Source: a virus
Virus record (IMG/VR): IMGVR_UViG_3300032103_000260
Coordinates: 87,224 to 151,223 of that record
Direction: 5' to 3' (one strand)
Length of the DNA: 64,000 nucleotides
Under the pieces are notes generated by a model that made no database searches, was not told the DNA's origin, and was given only the letters and a program-made list of their open reading frames with translations. A program made the position numbers and the translations under genes. Positions 1 through 9,816 of this stretch are shown one piece after another (the stretch's first letter is position 1; each line of letters opens with the position of its first letter).

Positions 1-730
1 CTTTTGTATACTCTCTACCATATTTTTTTTGCATTTCTTTATTTAGAAACATATTTGCCATTTTAGATATGATTTCACTATAAGATGTTGATTTTAGTCC
101 GCTACCTCTATTGTATGCAAACAATGTCGATGCTGCAATTTTATTATTTCTGTTTGAAATATATGTCATTAATGATGCTTGTGCATGTATCATTATTTTC
201 GGATTATCTACTACATTTTGAAATAATTTAGTTTTATTATCTAATCTTATTTGATTATATACTTGTGATTGATTGTTTGATGTAAAAAATGTTGACGTTT
301 TAGTTAAATCACCATCAATACCATTAGATAATATGTCAATTTCCGCTTGAGTAACATTTTTATTTTTAAAAATCCATTCAACAATTGTTGTAATAGTAAA
401 TTGTGTAAATCCTATAGCACCGGATTCTGAATAATTCCAAGGTAAAAATCTACTTTCCTGATTTTGTTGTGCTGATAAAATATTTGCGTCTATTTCATAT
501 TGTTTTGAATATTGATCAACCCATTTAATTACAAGATCAGCAAATTTGCTTGCATCAGTAGTTTGATTACCGTTATCATCATATGCTTTACTTGTAATAT
601 CAGTACCTTGAGGTATAGTTGTACCTATTACAGCATACTTATTTTTTCCATTAAATGTTTTATTACCATTATTAACTATGGTCTTATTTATGTATTCTTT
701 ACCTTTTTGAGTTAATTGTTTATATCCCAT
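1..730 (-). CDS. Lytic transglycosylase (SLT domain), probably tail-associated; runs off the window's left end
   Basis: Not in the ORF track. Manual translation from ATG at 730 gives MGYKQLTQKGKEYI...AQQNQESRFLPWNYSESGAIGFTQF...ASTLFAYNRG, with the SLT motifs ES, GxxQF and AYNxG. Confidence 0.85.
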   Translation of the reverse strand, partial: MGYKQLTQKGKEYINKTIVNNGNKTFNGKNKYAVIGTTIPQGTDITSKAYDDNGNQTTDASKFADLVIKWVDQYSKQYEIDANILSAQQNQESRFLPWNYSESGAIGFTQFTITTIVEWIFKNKNVTQAEIDILSNGIDGDLTKTSTFFTSNNQSQVYNQIRLDNKTKLFQNVVDNPKIMIHAQASLMTYISNRNNKIAASTLFAYNRGSGLKSTSYSEIISKMANMFLNKEMQKKYGREYTK

Positions 731-745
731 ATTTTTTGTTAAAAA

Positions 746-3700
746 TTAAGTATTATCCATTTTTAGTGGTTGTATTGATACAGTACTAAACAAATTATCC
801 ATACTATTTGCTACTGGTGGTGATGGATAATTTAAATTATCTGGTAATCCATTACTTTGTTTTGATAATTGTAAATTACTATTAGCTATAACACTATTAG
901 GTGTTCCAGCATATCCATTTTCAGTAGTTTCTTGTTGTGCTGCATCTGGTGAGGTTTGTTGATTAAAATTACCAGAAGTAAATGAGTTAGTTATAAATGG
1001 TACTGGTATTTTAGCTAATCTCATACCCTCAAATGAGGTGGTCATATGATTAGGTGTTATTTGATGATCAACTTTTAAAATAATATATGCCCCGTTGAAT
1101 AACGGAATATTTTCAATTTGAAAGTATTGCGTTGGTTGAATCATAGCATTACCTATACCAGATACTTTAGCAGTATATGATCTTTGCGAGTATACATTAA
1201 ATAAATTTTGGCCTTTAGGTATTGGTGATGCATTACCTTGATCATCAGCAATTGATGATAATATTGTTAATGATTCATTTGTTTCAGTAAGTTCTTTTTG
1301 ATCAAATTGTATATCAGTAAAAAATGATTGATTTTGCTGTCCAAATCTCACTCTAAATGCATTAACATTTGCATAGAATGGATCATCTGAATCATTAGAG
1401 TTAACAAAATCAGGTGGTAAATTATTTTCTAAATTTTTGATGCCAGTATCTGCTGTTTCACTTTTTTCATTATCTAATGATGATGATGTACCACCAATAT
1501 ACATTGCAATAAAGTATGGTTCTGTTGGTTGATCTAGTGTTTCACTTATTTTAAAAGCATCTTCCCATCTATATTTACTATTATCAAATACCATGAAATT
1601 TTCAACTGGAAAAAATTCAAATCCATTTTCAGATAGAATTCGACTCATTACTTGAAATACACTTAAATCAAAATCTTTTTCCATATCAATTAATGAATCA
1701 ATGTTAAGTTTAACTTTATTTCCAATATTGTTAAATGCTCTATCTACAAATTTAAAACTATTAAATAATGGCCTTCCTGTTAATGGGAAACCACCATTAA
1801 CATTACTTAATATATTTGTACCCTTCTTAATTGGTATATTTGGTGATGGTATCCATCTATCATAGATAGTCTTAAACGAGTAATACATTTGATTTTTTAT
1901 ATCATTATCATTTAATTTTCCAATAATTTCTTTATCTATATTATCTAATTCAGTACTTCTATCTGAAATAGAATCAATTAATTGTGAAAAAAATTGATTA
2001 AAATATGTTGTTGTTCTACTTAATGCAGTACCAGATAAATTACTAATTGGTACGAATGAATTAAAATCTTGTATTTTATTTCTTCTTTTAAAAGTAATAT
2101 CTGAAAAATTCAAAATGTATCTATTACCATTCATATATTTTATAAATTTTGATGATTCTAGTGCATCTCTATATTTTATTTCAGAATTATCATCTCCTTC
2201 AGGTATTTCGGTATTATTAATAACATTAATAATTGAATCAAGAACACTTTTATAATCTTCACCCTGACCATTAATCAAATTATTTGTATCAGCACCAACA
2301 AAAGAAATAAATTGACTAACAAATTTTTTAGCATCTTTTTTTGATAAGTACTTAATAAGTAATTGATCATTAATTAAATTATTTTTTGGATAAAAGTATG
2401 TTATACTAATACTAACAGTTTTAACTACTGGTAATTTTTTCAACAAATCACCAATCATATCCGAATAAAATGTTGAGCTTGGTCTATTTATATCATCATG
2501 GTATGCTAATGCTAATGCTCCCATATATAAATTAGCAAATTCTGGAACTTGTACTACAGAACCAACACTAAATTTACCAACTATTTCATTTTCAGTACTA
2601 AAAAAACTTCTTGTTCTACCTATATTGCTAACCATAAAAAATGCTTTTTGAAAAGCATTATATGTTGTGTCTGTCTCACTAAAAATAATTTTTAATGTTT
2701 CTGAATTATTGTTAATATAATCTGCCCATAGTTCAACAGTTGTATCACCTTCAATAAATTTAGAATCAAATGCGTTTTCTGTTTTAAAATCATCGGGAAA
2801 ATATATTAAATTTTCCTTACTAAATTTTTGAACATTAGGAGTACTTGATGTAAAAAAATTAGAAACCTTAGTCCATGTTTCGTTTTGATTTGTAATAAAT
2901 TGATCAATAATATCATCACTATTTTCTTGTACATTTCTTTCAGCTATTAAAACATTATTGTCAACATAATCAAATCCAATAAAATTATCATTATCTCTTG
3001 ATCTATAAAAAGATATTTCACTATTATCAAATTTTACAAAATCAGTAGTTCCATTTAATGATGAATAATAATTCACTCCATTTTTTGGGTTTGATATCCA
3101 TGATATAAACTCATTATATGATTTATGTGATAATGCACTATTTTTTAATAAACCTAATAATGTTTTATCTATAAATGTTTTAGCTAAATTTAATGCTTCT
3201 GATTTAGCAACTAATTTTACATAATTTTCATTTTGATTAAAAAAATCACTATTTGTAAACTGAGAAATAATATAATATCTATTTATAATTATATTATATA
3301 TTTCATTTAATTGATATGTTTTTTTTCTTTCTAATTGAAAGTATGGTGATTCATTTGAATATGATGTTTTTAATGTTGTGTCAACAGGGTTAATAGGAAA
3401 CCACAAATTATTACCCACAACATCAGTATTTTCTTTATTAGAATTAAATCTATCTAATTTAGATAATTCAATAGATGCATTAATAAATTCTTCAATAAAA
3501 TTAACTTCTGGAAATGGCTCGGCTAATTGTCTGAATTGCTGTACTTCAGTTGGATATGCTCTGTCTACTCTGTCATTAGATTCGTTACCTTCTGATGATC
3601 TAGTTGTGGTTAATTTATGGCACAATGGAAATGCGCCTATTGGAATGTTATCAACATTTTTAGAATTTGTATTTGTTATAATTTGTGATCTGTATTTTTC

Positions 3701-5185
3701 GTGATGAGTATCACTTTTACCCCCTACATCAATTAATTTACTAAAAAATCTGTCGCAATCATTTGCTAAAATTCTAAAAACATTATTTAATGTTGGTTTA
3801 AATCCTAATATTTTAATTGTTTTGTCGTTGACAAGTTTATCATAAATTTTTTTAGCTGTTTCATAATCCTTTAGTAATTTATTTTTTTCATTAAAAAGAG
3901 TTATGTAATACTTAGTAATGTCTATACCTATAAAACTTGTTGTATTTGTTTGTGTACCATTTATCGTTTTTTTATTAGGTACATTAGTAGTAAATGTGTT
4001 TAATATTAAACCCTTTCTTTCTGATGGTAACTGTTTAAATTCCTTAATATTATCAATTAATCTATTAGTTACAACTTCATCAAGTGTTGCTCTTTTAGCA
4101 GATAATTGACTTTCATCATCTACATTAACATTATTATTGCCATCAATAGTATCTTTATTAACTATTGCAAGTATTAACCTTTTTGTGGTATCACTTGAAA
4201 TATCATTTTCTCTTATGTATGAATTATACTCACTTGTATTATTGATTATTTCAATTTGATCTTGTTTGTCTTGAGATATTTCAGTATTATCAGAATTATA
4301 TATAATTATTCTTCTTAAACTACTAAATGTATCTGACGCAAATTGCAAAATAAAATCAATTGAATTTAAGGCGTTTTTTACTTTTTCAATTTTTAATTGT
4401 GCTTCTTTGGTTGTTTTTAACTCTTCAGATGTATTATTTAATTTAGTAATTTGAATATTTCTTTTTTTCAAATTTTGAATTAATTGATGTGTGTTTTGTG
4501 GTGGTTGTAAAGTACCTTCTATTTCAGTAAAATCAACAGTAATAGTACTATCTGTAAATGGAATAGTTTTAATATAATTAAACAATATATCTGTTAATGG
4601 TGAAAAGGTTCTTGAAGTAAATTTTGCTGATATGTAGTAATTACCACTAGTACCATCAAATCTAGTGTTTTGTTCAAGAAGATGAAGTGTATATGTTAAT
4701 TTTTTACCATAATAGCCTTTAACTGTTAAAATATAAATTGGAGGTGGAAAGTCATATAATACCGCATATGGTGAATTTGATCCTCTATTTAAAAAATTCA
4801 TACCTTTTATATCGACAAATTCAATATTTACTATAGGTACTGCACTTGGTGTAATTGCAATATTTATTGATTGTATACCAAATCCTTCATATCTGGTTTT
4901 ATCATCAGCTACATTATTTGTCCAATCAGTAGTATGGTATTTTTTAAATTTAGAACTATTAGATTGTTCAAAACCCAACATATTTATATTTACTGAAGTA
5001 GAATCAACATCTTGCTGTACACCATCTGCTGAAGCAATAATTATTGTTTTACCTCTTCTTGTTACTGTTAATTCAACAAATATTGACATCTTTTCATAAT
5101 CAGGCATTCCATTATAATCAGAACCAAATTTAGATACTGTATTAATTGGGTCAATTAAATTAACTTTCGATGTAGACATAAACAA
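746..5185 (-). CDS. Large baseplate hub / tail-associated structural protein (1479 aa; start probably ATG 5179)
   Basis: N-terminal GFGIQSINI...IEFVDIKG...LTVKGYYG and C-terminal RSYTAKVSGIGNAMIQPTQYFQI...GAYIILKVDHQI resemble contractile-tail hub (gp27/VgrG-like) folds; directly upstream of the SLT gene. Confidence 0.6.
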   Translation of the reverse strand: MFMSTSKVNLIDPINTVSKFGSDYNGMPDYEKMSIFVELTVTRRGKTIIIASADGVQQDVDSTSVNINMLGFEQSNSSKFKKYHTTDWTNNVADDKTRYEGFGIQSINIAITPSAVPIVNIEFVDIKGMNFLNRGSNSPYAVLYDFPPPIYILTVKGYYGKKLTYTLHLLEQNTRFDGTSGNYYISAKFTSRTFSPLTDILFNYIKTIPFTDSTITVDFTEIEGTLQPPQNTHQLIQNLKKRNIQITKLNNTSEELKTTKEAQLKIEKVKNALNSIDFILQFASDTFSSLRRIIIYNSDNTEISQDKQDQIEIINNTSEYNSYIRENDISSDTTKRLILAIVNKDTIDGNNNVNVDDESQLSAKRATLDEVVTNRLIDNIKEFKQLPSERKGLILNTFTTNVPNKKTINGTQTNTTSFIGIDITKYYITLFNEKNKLLKDYETAKKIYDKLVNDKTIKILGFKPTLNNVFRILANDCDRFFSKLIDVGGKSDTHHEKYRSQIITNTNSKNVDNIPIGAFPLCHKLTTTRSSEGNESNDRVDRAYPTEVQQFRQLAEPFPEVNFIEEFINASIELSKLDRFNSNKENTDVVGNNLWFPINPVDTTLKTSYSNESPYFQLERKKTYQLNEIYNIIINRYYIISQFTNSDFFNQNENYVKLVAKSEALNLAKTFIDKTLLGLLKNSALSHKSYNEFISWISNPKNGVNYYSSLNGTTDFVKFDNSEISFYRSRDNDNFIGFDYVDNNVLIAERNVQENSDDIIDQFITNQNETWTKVSNFFTSSTPNVQKFSKENLIYFPDDFKTENAFDSKFIEGDTTVELWADYINNNSETLKIIFSETDTTYNAFQKAFFMVSNIGRTRSFFSTENEIVGKFSVGSVVQVPEFANLYMGALALAYHDDINRPSSTFYSDMIGDLLKKLPVVKTVSISITYFYPKNNLINDQLLIKYLSKKDAKKFVSQFISFVGADTNNLINGQGEDYKSVLDSIINVINNTEIPEGDDNSEIKYRDALESSKFIKYMNGNRYILNFSDITFKRRNKIQDFNSFVPISNLSGTALSRTTTYFNQFFSQLIDSISDRSTELDNIDKEIIGKLNDNDIKNQMYYSFKTIYDRWIPSPNIPIKKGTNILSNVNGGFPLTGRPLFNSFKFVDRAFNNIGNKVKLNIDSLIDMEKDFDLSVFQVMSRILSENGFEFFPVENFMVFDNSKYRWEDAFKISETLDQPTEPYFIAMYIGGTSSSLDNEKSETADTGIKNLENNLPPDFVNSNDSDDPFYANVNAFRVRFGQQNQSFFTDIQFDQKELTETNESLTILSSIADDQGNASPIPKGQNLFNVYSQRSYTAKVSGIGNAMIQPTQYFQIENIPLFNGAYIILKVDHQITPNHMTTSFEGMRLAKIPVPFITNSFTSGNFNQQTSPDAAQQETTENGYAGTPNSVIANSNLQLSKQSNGLPDNLNYPSPPVANSMDNLFSTVSIQPLKMDNT

Positions 5186-5278
5186 TAAGATTTAAATATA
5201 AATAGTAATTCACTAAAAACCTATCAATTTTCGATTTATGGATATTAAAAAGTATTTATTTCTAAAAAATTTCTACAA

Positions 5279-5770
5279 ATGATATTTACAATTCTAACAC
5301 AAATAAATATTGATGGACTAGATAAAGCATCGGAATCCAGTGTTGTTTCTGGTGTACTAGTTTCTATAGTTTTAATATTATTTGGTGTGTGTTACTTCCT
5401 TTTTAGGAAATACGAAAAAACCAAAGATGACCATCTTATTATTCAGGAAGATTTTATTAATAAACTTAATGAAATGCAAGTAAAGTATAGCGAATTACAG
5501 ACTAAGCATACTGATGAAATAAAAAAAATTAATGCGGATCATGCCAACAAAATTGAAAGTTTGCAAAATAACTCAATTAAAAGGGAAGAAGAAAGATCAA
5601 AAGAATGGCTTGAGTCTGAAAAAGAGACATTAAATGTGTTAAACGGAGTTACTTCTTTACTTCAAATGGGTGAGAAAATGGATCAAACCAATCGAAATAC
5701 TATTTATTTAAAACTTCAAGAAATGGAAAATAGAATAATATCTACAGTTGAATCAGTAAAAAAGAAGTAA
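5279..5770 (+). CDS. Single-pass membrane protein with coiled-coil C-terminus (holin-like candidate)
   Basis: Hydrophobic VVSGVLVSIVLILFGVCYFLF followed by RK and a charged helical domain. Confidence 0.4.
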   Translation: MIFTILTQINIDGLDKASESSVVSGVLVSIVLILFGVCYFLFRKYEKTKDDHLIIQEDFINKLNEMQVKYSELQTKHTDEIKKINADHANKIESLQNNSIKREEERSKEWLESEKETLNVLNGVTSLLQMGEKMDQTNRNTIYLKLQEMENRIISTVESVKKK

Positions 5771-5771
5771 C

Positions 5772-6212
5772 ATGCCAATAAAAAATCTTGACAAATTAAA
5801 AGCATTAAAAAAAGTAAACTCTTTCATTAGTGAAAGAATTGATCAATTATCTGATGAAAAAGAAAAAATTGAATCAGAGATTTTAAATGGTGATAACATC
5901 TTTATTAATGATAATGGTGAAACAACATATCAAATATTAAAAATAAATAAATTTTATAATTCTGGTGTCATAAAAAATAGTGAGTTTAAACGAATTATAT
6001 GTTTAAAAGGTGTATTTACTCTTGAATTCCCTGAACATGGTGACCATGCATTAATTCATTCTCCAAATACTATACTTATACCTCCACAAACCGAACACAC
6101 CATCAAATGTCTGGATGATTGCGAAGTAATAATTGTCTATAAACCCAATTTCAGTATAAGCAGATATAAAATTATAGAAAAAAACACTATTTATAAGAAG
6201 GAAAACTACTAA
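5772..6212 (+). CDS. Cupin-fold protein
   Basis: IICLKGVFTL...ILIPPQTEHTIKCLDDCEVIIVY is a cupin beta-barrel pattern. Confidence 0.55.
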   Translation: MPIKNLDKLKALKKVNSFISERIDQLSDEKEKIESEILNGDNIFINDNGETTYQILKINKFYNSGVIKNSEFKRIICLKGVFTLEFPEHGDHALIHSPNTILIPPQTEHTIKCLDDCEVIIVYKPNFSISRYKIIEKNTIYKKENY

Positions 6213-6213
6213 T

Positions 6214-6366
6214 ATGTCTAAAATCTTAGGAAAAAACGATACGGGATATGAATATATATACATATTAATAGCATTAAAAAGTTTAAATATAAATCGTTGC
6301 ACTATTTCTGATGTTTGTAATAACAGAAAAAATACTGTAGGAAGATATAAATGGAGGTATTTATAA
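6214..6366 (+). pseudogene. 50-aa chimeric ORF: probable ancestral protease N-terminus plus a NUMOD1/HTH homing-endonuclease tail remnant
   Basis: Manual translation MSKILGKNDTGYEYIYILIALKSLNINRCTISDVCNNRKNTVGRYKWRYL*; the second half has the NUMOD1-like pattern ISxxCxxxxxxxGxYxWxY. Confidence 0.55.
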
Positions 6367-6367
6367 T

Positions 6368-8275
6368 ATGAAAGAAGTAGTAATTAATAATCATTCTATT
6401 AATCGTTTTAATGAAAAAATGATTCTTATTGAGCAAGATGCTGGTTATATCGATATAGGATTAAACCCAACACTTGTAACAGAATCCACAAAATTTAATA
6501 TTGACCCAAACAAACCAGTTATCATTAACTGTATTCTTCAAAAATGGGGGGTAAAGAATAAGAATGGTAGAATATATCCTAAAGATGTATTGATGCGTGA
6601 AGTTGACAACTATATAAAAAATATGGTTGAAAGTTCTTCTGCAATATCTGAAGCAGATCATCCTGATTGTGTAAGTTCTTCTGATTCAATGATTTATACA
6701 AAAAATGGATGGAAATATTTTGAAAATATTTCTGATGATGAAGAAATATATACATTAAATATACTATCCAATAAAATTGAATCTCAAAAAATTGAAAAAA
6801 AAATTTATCAACACTATAATGGATTAATGTATGAATTAAAATCTAAAAATTCTATTGATATCACTGTAACTCCAAATCATAGATTTCTATTAGAAGATAG
6901 TGATGGTATGCGTTTTTATTTAACTGCTCAAGAATTATTTGATGATGTTGGTGATGTTTATAGTAGTGGTAAATATAAATTGTTAAAAAAAGCTGAATGG
7001 ATTGGAGTAAATGATGAATGGTTTACACTTAAAGGATTACCAAGAGAATATTTTTCAAAAAAACATACTCATCTTTATTTAAAGAATAAAGATGATATTA
7101 AAATAAAATCTGAAGATTGGTATGCATTTATGGGTATTTATTTATCAGAAGGGCATTCATCTGGTGTTAAATTCAAAAATAAAAATTTAAGAGGTTACAA
7201 TATAACCATAACTCAAAGAAAAAAAGAAAATATTTTTCTTATTGAAGAATTACTAAATAAATTACCAATTAGATTTAAAAAAAGAATAAGAAAATCGGGC
7301 ACTGTAGATTTTTCAATTAATGATGCCAGATTATATGAATATCTTTACCCATTAGGGTCTTCTTCAGAAAAATATATTCCTAATGAAATAAAAAATGGAA
7401 CACCAGAATTATTATCAATTTTATTAAAATGGTTTCAAATTGGTGATGGTAGAAAAGTTCTAACAAATGATAATACCTATAAGGAATCCGTATTTTCCAC
7501 ATCAAAAAAACTAATATATGATTTACATGAAATTTTGATTAAATGTGGTAAATATGGTACAATTACTGAATATCACCCAAAAGATAGATATTTATTTGAT
7601 TTAATTAACGAAGAATCAATTGACTCTAATGGTGTGTTAATTATCACAAGTAAAAAAACAAAAAGATTAGTAAAATCAGAAAATAGTAAATCACTTTATA
7701 ATTTAAATTTTTCTAAAACTAATCATATTTGGATAGATAAAAGATCAATAAAAATAACACCAATCGAATATAATGGTATGATTTCTTGTGTTCGAGTACC
7801 AAACGGTAATTTTTATGTAATGAAAAATGGTAAAGCACATTGGACAGGTAACTCATCAGTTGTATCATTGGATAATGTATCACACTTGATTAGAAAAACT
7901 TGGTGGGGTACTGGTGAAAATCAAAATGTGTTATTTGGTGAATTGGAAATTATCACATCTCCAGCATACATGAGAAATGGTATTGTTTGTATGATTGGTG
8001 ATAAGATTGTTGAATATTTAAAAAGAGGTGTAAGATTAGGTATTTCAAGTAGGGGCGTTGGAACACTTAAACAGGTTAATGGTGAAAATGTTGTTCAAGA
8101 TGATTTTGAACTAATTTGCTTTGACTTAGTAGCATCACCAAGTACTCCCGGTGCATTTTTATTTCCAGAAATGGTAACCCCTGATAAAATGGGCGAGGGT
8201 ACAATAACTAAAAAAAATATCGTAACCGAACATGAAGAAGTGTTAAATGTATTAAATAAGTTTTTAATAAAATAA
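6368..8275 (+). CDS. Prohead core protease (T4 gp21-like) interrupted by an intein
   Basis: NKNGRIYP, EADHP, VSH, GISSRGVG, DLVASPS motifs; upstream of scaffold and capsid genes. Confidence 0.93.
   Translation: MKEVVINNHSINRFNEKMILIEQDAGYIDIGLNPTLVTESTKFNIDPNKPVIINCILQKWGVKNKNGRIYPKDVLMREVDNYIKNMVESSSAISEADHPDCVSSSDSMIYTKNGWKYFENISDDEEIYTLNILSNKIESQKIEKKIYQHYNGLMYELKSKNSIDITVTPNHRFLLEDSDGMRFYLTAQELFDDVGDVYSSGKYKLLKKAEWIGVNDEWFTLKGLPREYFSKKHTHLYLKNKDDIKIKSEDWYAFMGIYLSEGHSSGVKFKNKNLRGYNITITQRKKENIFLIEELLNKLPIRFKKRIRKSGTVDFSINDARLYEYLYPLGSSSEKYIPNEIKNGTPELLSILLKWFQIGDGRKVLTNDNTYKESVFSTSKKLIYDLHEILIKCGKYGTITEYHPKDRYLFDLINEESIDSNGVLIITSKKTKRLVKSENSKSLYNLNFSKTNHIWIDKRSIKITPIEYNGMISCVRVPNGNFYVMKNGKAHWTGNSSVVSLDNVSHLIRKTWWGTGENQNVLFGELEIITSPAYMRNGIVCMIGDKIVEYLKRGVRLGISSRGVGTLKQVNGENVVQDDFELICFDLVASPSTPGAFLFPEMVTPDKMGEGTITKKNIVTEHEEVLNVLNKFLIK
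6668..7852 (+). mobile_element. Intein (395 aa) with LAGLIDADG homing endonuclease
   Basis: HPD|CVSSSDSMIYTKNGWK start, ITVTPNHRF block B, FMGIYLSEG and LLKWFQIGDG LAGLIDADG motifs, VRVPNGNFYV...HWTGN|S end. Confidence 0.92.
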
Positions 8276-8289
8276 AAAATACTTCTTTT

Positions 8290-8322
8290 AAGTACCGTTT
8301 TTTATAAAAAACGGTACTTTTT
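8290..8322 (+). terminator. Intrinsic terminator hairpin after the protease
   Basis: aagtaccgttttt / aaaaacggtactt inverted repeat followed by T run. Confidence 0.7.
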
Positions 8323-8372
8323 AAAAATAAAACACTATTTATAATTAAGAAAAAACAAAAAGGCAATTTTCT

Positions 8373-9785
8373 ATGGGTAAAACAATATTAGAAGAAGCTG
8401 TTTTAGAAGTAAAACAAATCAAAGAAGCTGCTGAAAAAGCTGCTATGGAAAAATTGGCAAATGCCATGCCTAAAGAATTTGATAAATTCTTAAAAGAAGA
8501 ATTGAATAAATCCACAATTAAAGAGTCAACTAATGTTGGCAATAAAAAAGAATCACAAAAAATTAATGAGTCCTTTATGGATAGTACAAAAAAGCCAACC
8601 CTTGAAGAAAAATTGGCGGGTGAAGAAGAACCATGTTGTGATGATGAAGTATTGGATATGACTAATCTAAGTCTTGATGACGTAGAAGCTGCATATAACG
8701 ATGCTAGTTCTGATGATGAAATCGAAGTTGTAGGAGATTCTGATATGGAATCACAAGACGATGTTATCAATGACGACATGATGAAAGATATTGAAGAAGA
8801 ATTAACTCAAATGGATGATGCTTCTGAAGCAATGGTTAGTGATGATGTAGTTGTTGGTGACAATTCCAAAATGGAAAAGTCTAATACCTCTGATCCTTAT
8901 GAATTTATGAAAAAAATGCATGAAGAACTTAGCGGAGCCATTAAAGCAATTGAAGAAAAACTTTCTGTTGAGGGTTACCAAAACGAATTTGATGGTAAGA
9001 TGAGCGAAATGTATGGTGAAGAATTTAAAGAATCATTAGGTGAACAAAAATATAACGAGATGTTCGAAATGTATAAATCTAAGAAAATGGAAAAAGTTAA
9101 TAAAACTGAAATGGCCGAATCTGCACCTGTTGCTGATGAAAAAAAGGAAGAAGTATCAGAAGTGGTATCTCCTGAAGGTCATGAAGACGGTAAAGAAGTG
9201 GATGAAGCACACGGCATTTCACTTGCTAATAATAAGAAAGTTAGTGGTAATAAAACACCACGTTTAGATTATAAGAATTATGCGAAAAACAAAGTAAGAA
9301 GCGCAGTTCAAGAATCTAAAAAACTTACTTCTTTATTAGAAGAAAACAAGAAGCTAACTAAAAAACTTAACGAGAATAAGGCAAAAGCTAATCAGTTAAA
9401 TGATGTTGTTAATCAATATCGTACTGCTCTTGAGAAATATAGAAAGCAACTTACTGAAATGGCAGTGTTTAATAACAACTTGGCACATGTAAATAGTATT
9501 CTTTTGAGTGAAGAATTTACATTAACAAGTGGCGAAAAGAAAAATATCATCGATCAATTCAAAAAAGTATCTACTTTAGAAGAATCAGAAAAAAAATATA
9601 AAGAAGTAATTTCTGAGATTTCTAAGAAGAAAAGTGTGAATGAATCAATCGAAGACAAACTAACCGATTCAATCCAGCCTTCAAGTGCTAATGTTTTGGG
9701 TAATGTAGTTGAAAACACTGCATACGTAAATGAGCACGTGAATAAAATCAAGAAATTGATGGATTATGGTAGAAAAAAGAAATAA
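8373..9785 (+). CDS. Prohead scaffold protein (gp22-like)
   Basis: Acidic, coiled-coil protein between protease and capsid genes; many [ILV]-x-E sites typical of gp21-type protease substrates. Confidence 0.8.
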   Translation: MGKTILEEAVLEVKQIKEAAEKAAMEKLANAMPKEFDKFLKEELNKSTIKESTNVGNKKESQKINESFMDSTKKPTLEEKLAGEEEPCCDDEVLDMTNLSLDDVEAAYNDASSDDEIEVVGDSDMESQDDVINDDMMKDIEEELTQMDDASEAMVSDDVVVGDNSKMEKSNTSDPYEFMKKMHEELSGAIKAIEEKLSVEGYQNEFDGKMSEMYGEEFKESLGEQKYNEMFEMYKSKKMEKVNKTEMAESAPVADEKKEEVSEVVSPEGHEDGKEVDEAHGISLANNKKVSGNKTPRLDYKNYAKNKVRSAVQESKKLTSLLEENKKLTKKLNENKAKANQLNDVVNQYRTALEKYRKQLTEMAVFNNNLAHVNSILLSEEFTLTSGEKKNIIDQFKKVSTLEESEKKYKEVISEISKKKSVNESIEDKLTDSIQPSSANVLGNVVENTAYVNEHVNKIKKLMDYGRKKK

Positions 9786-9816
9786 TAATTATTAATAATT
9801 AAATCAAAAAATTAAA

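Noticed and set aside
512-715. 67-aa plus-strand ORF
   Set aside because: Antisense shadow of the SLT gene
3378-4109. Plus-strand ORFs 3378-3704 and 3918-4109
   Set aside because: Antisense shadows inside the 1479-aa gene; the same applies to 8345, 9554, 10876, 11147, 12579, 20993, 23967, 29183, 31304, 32780, 36989, 37823, 38995, 40220, 47071, 56552, 60784 and 61594
5197-5204. TATAAATA read as a classical T4 late promoter on the plus strand
   Set aside because: Across the window the gene-proximal orientation is consistently TATTTAT(A); TATAAATA mostly appears on the plus strand where the adjacent gene is on the minus strand
6250-6420. Group I intron in the protease 5' region
   Set aside because: Only ~170 nt, very AT-rich, no recognisable P7 or core pairings; better explained as an endonuclease remnant
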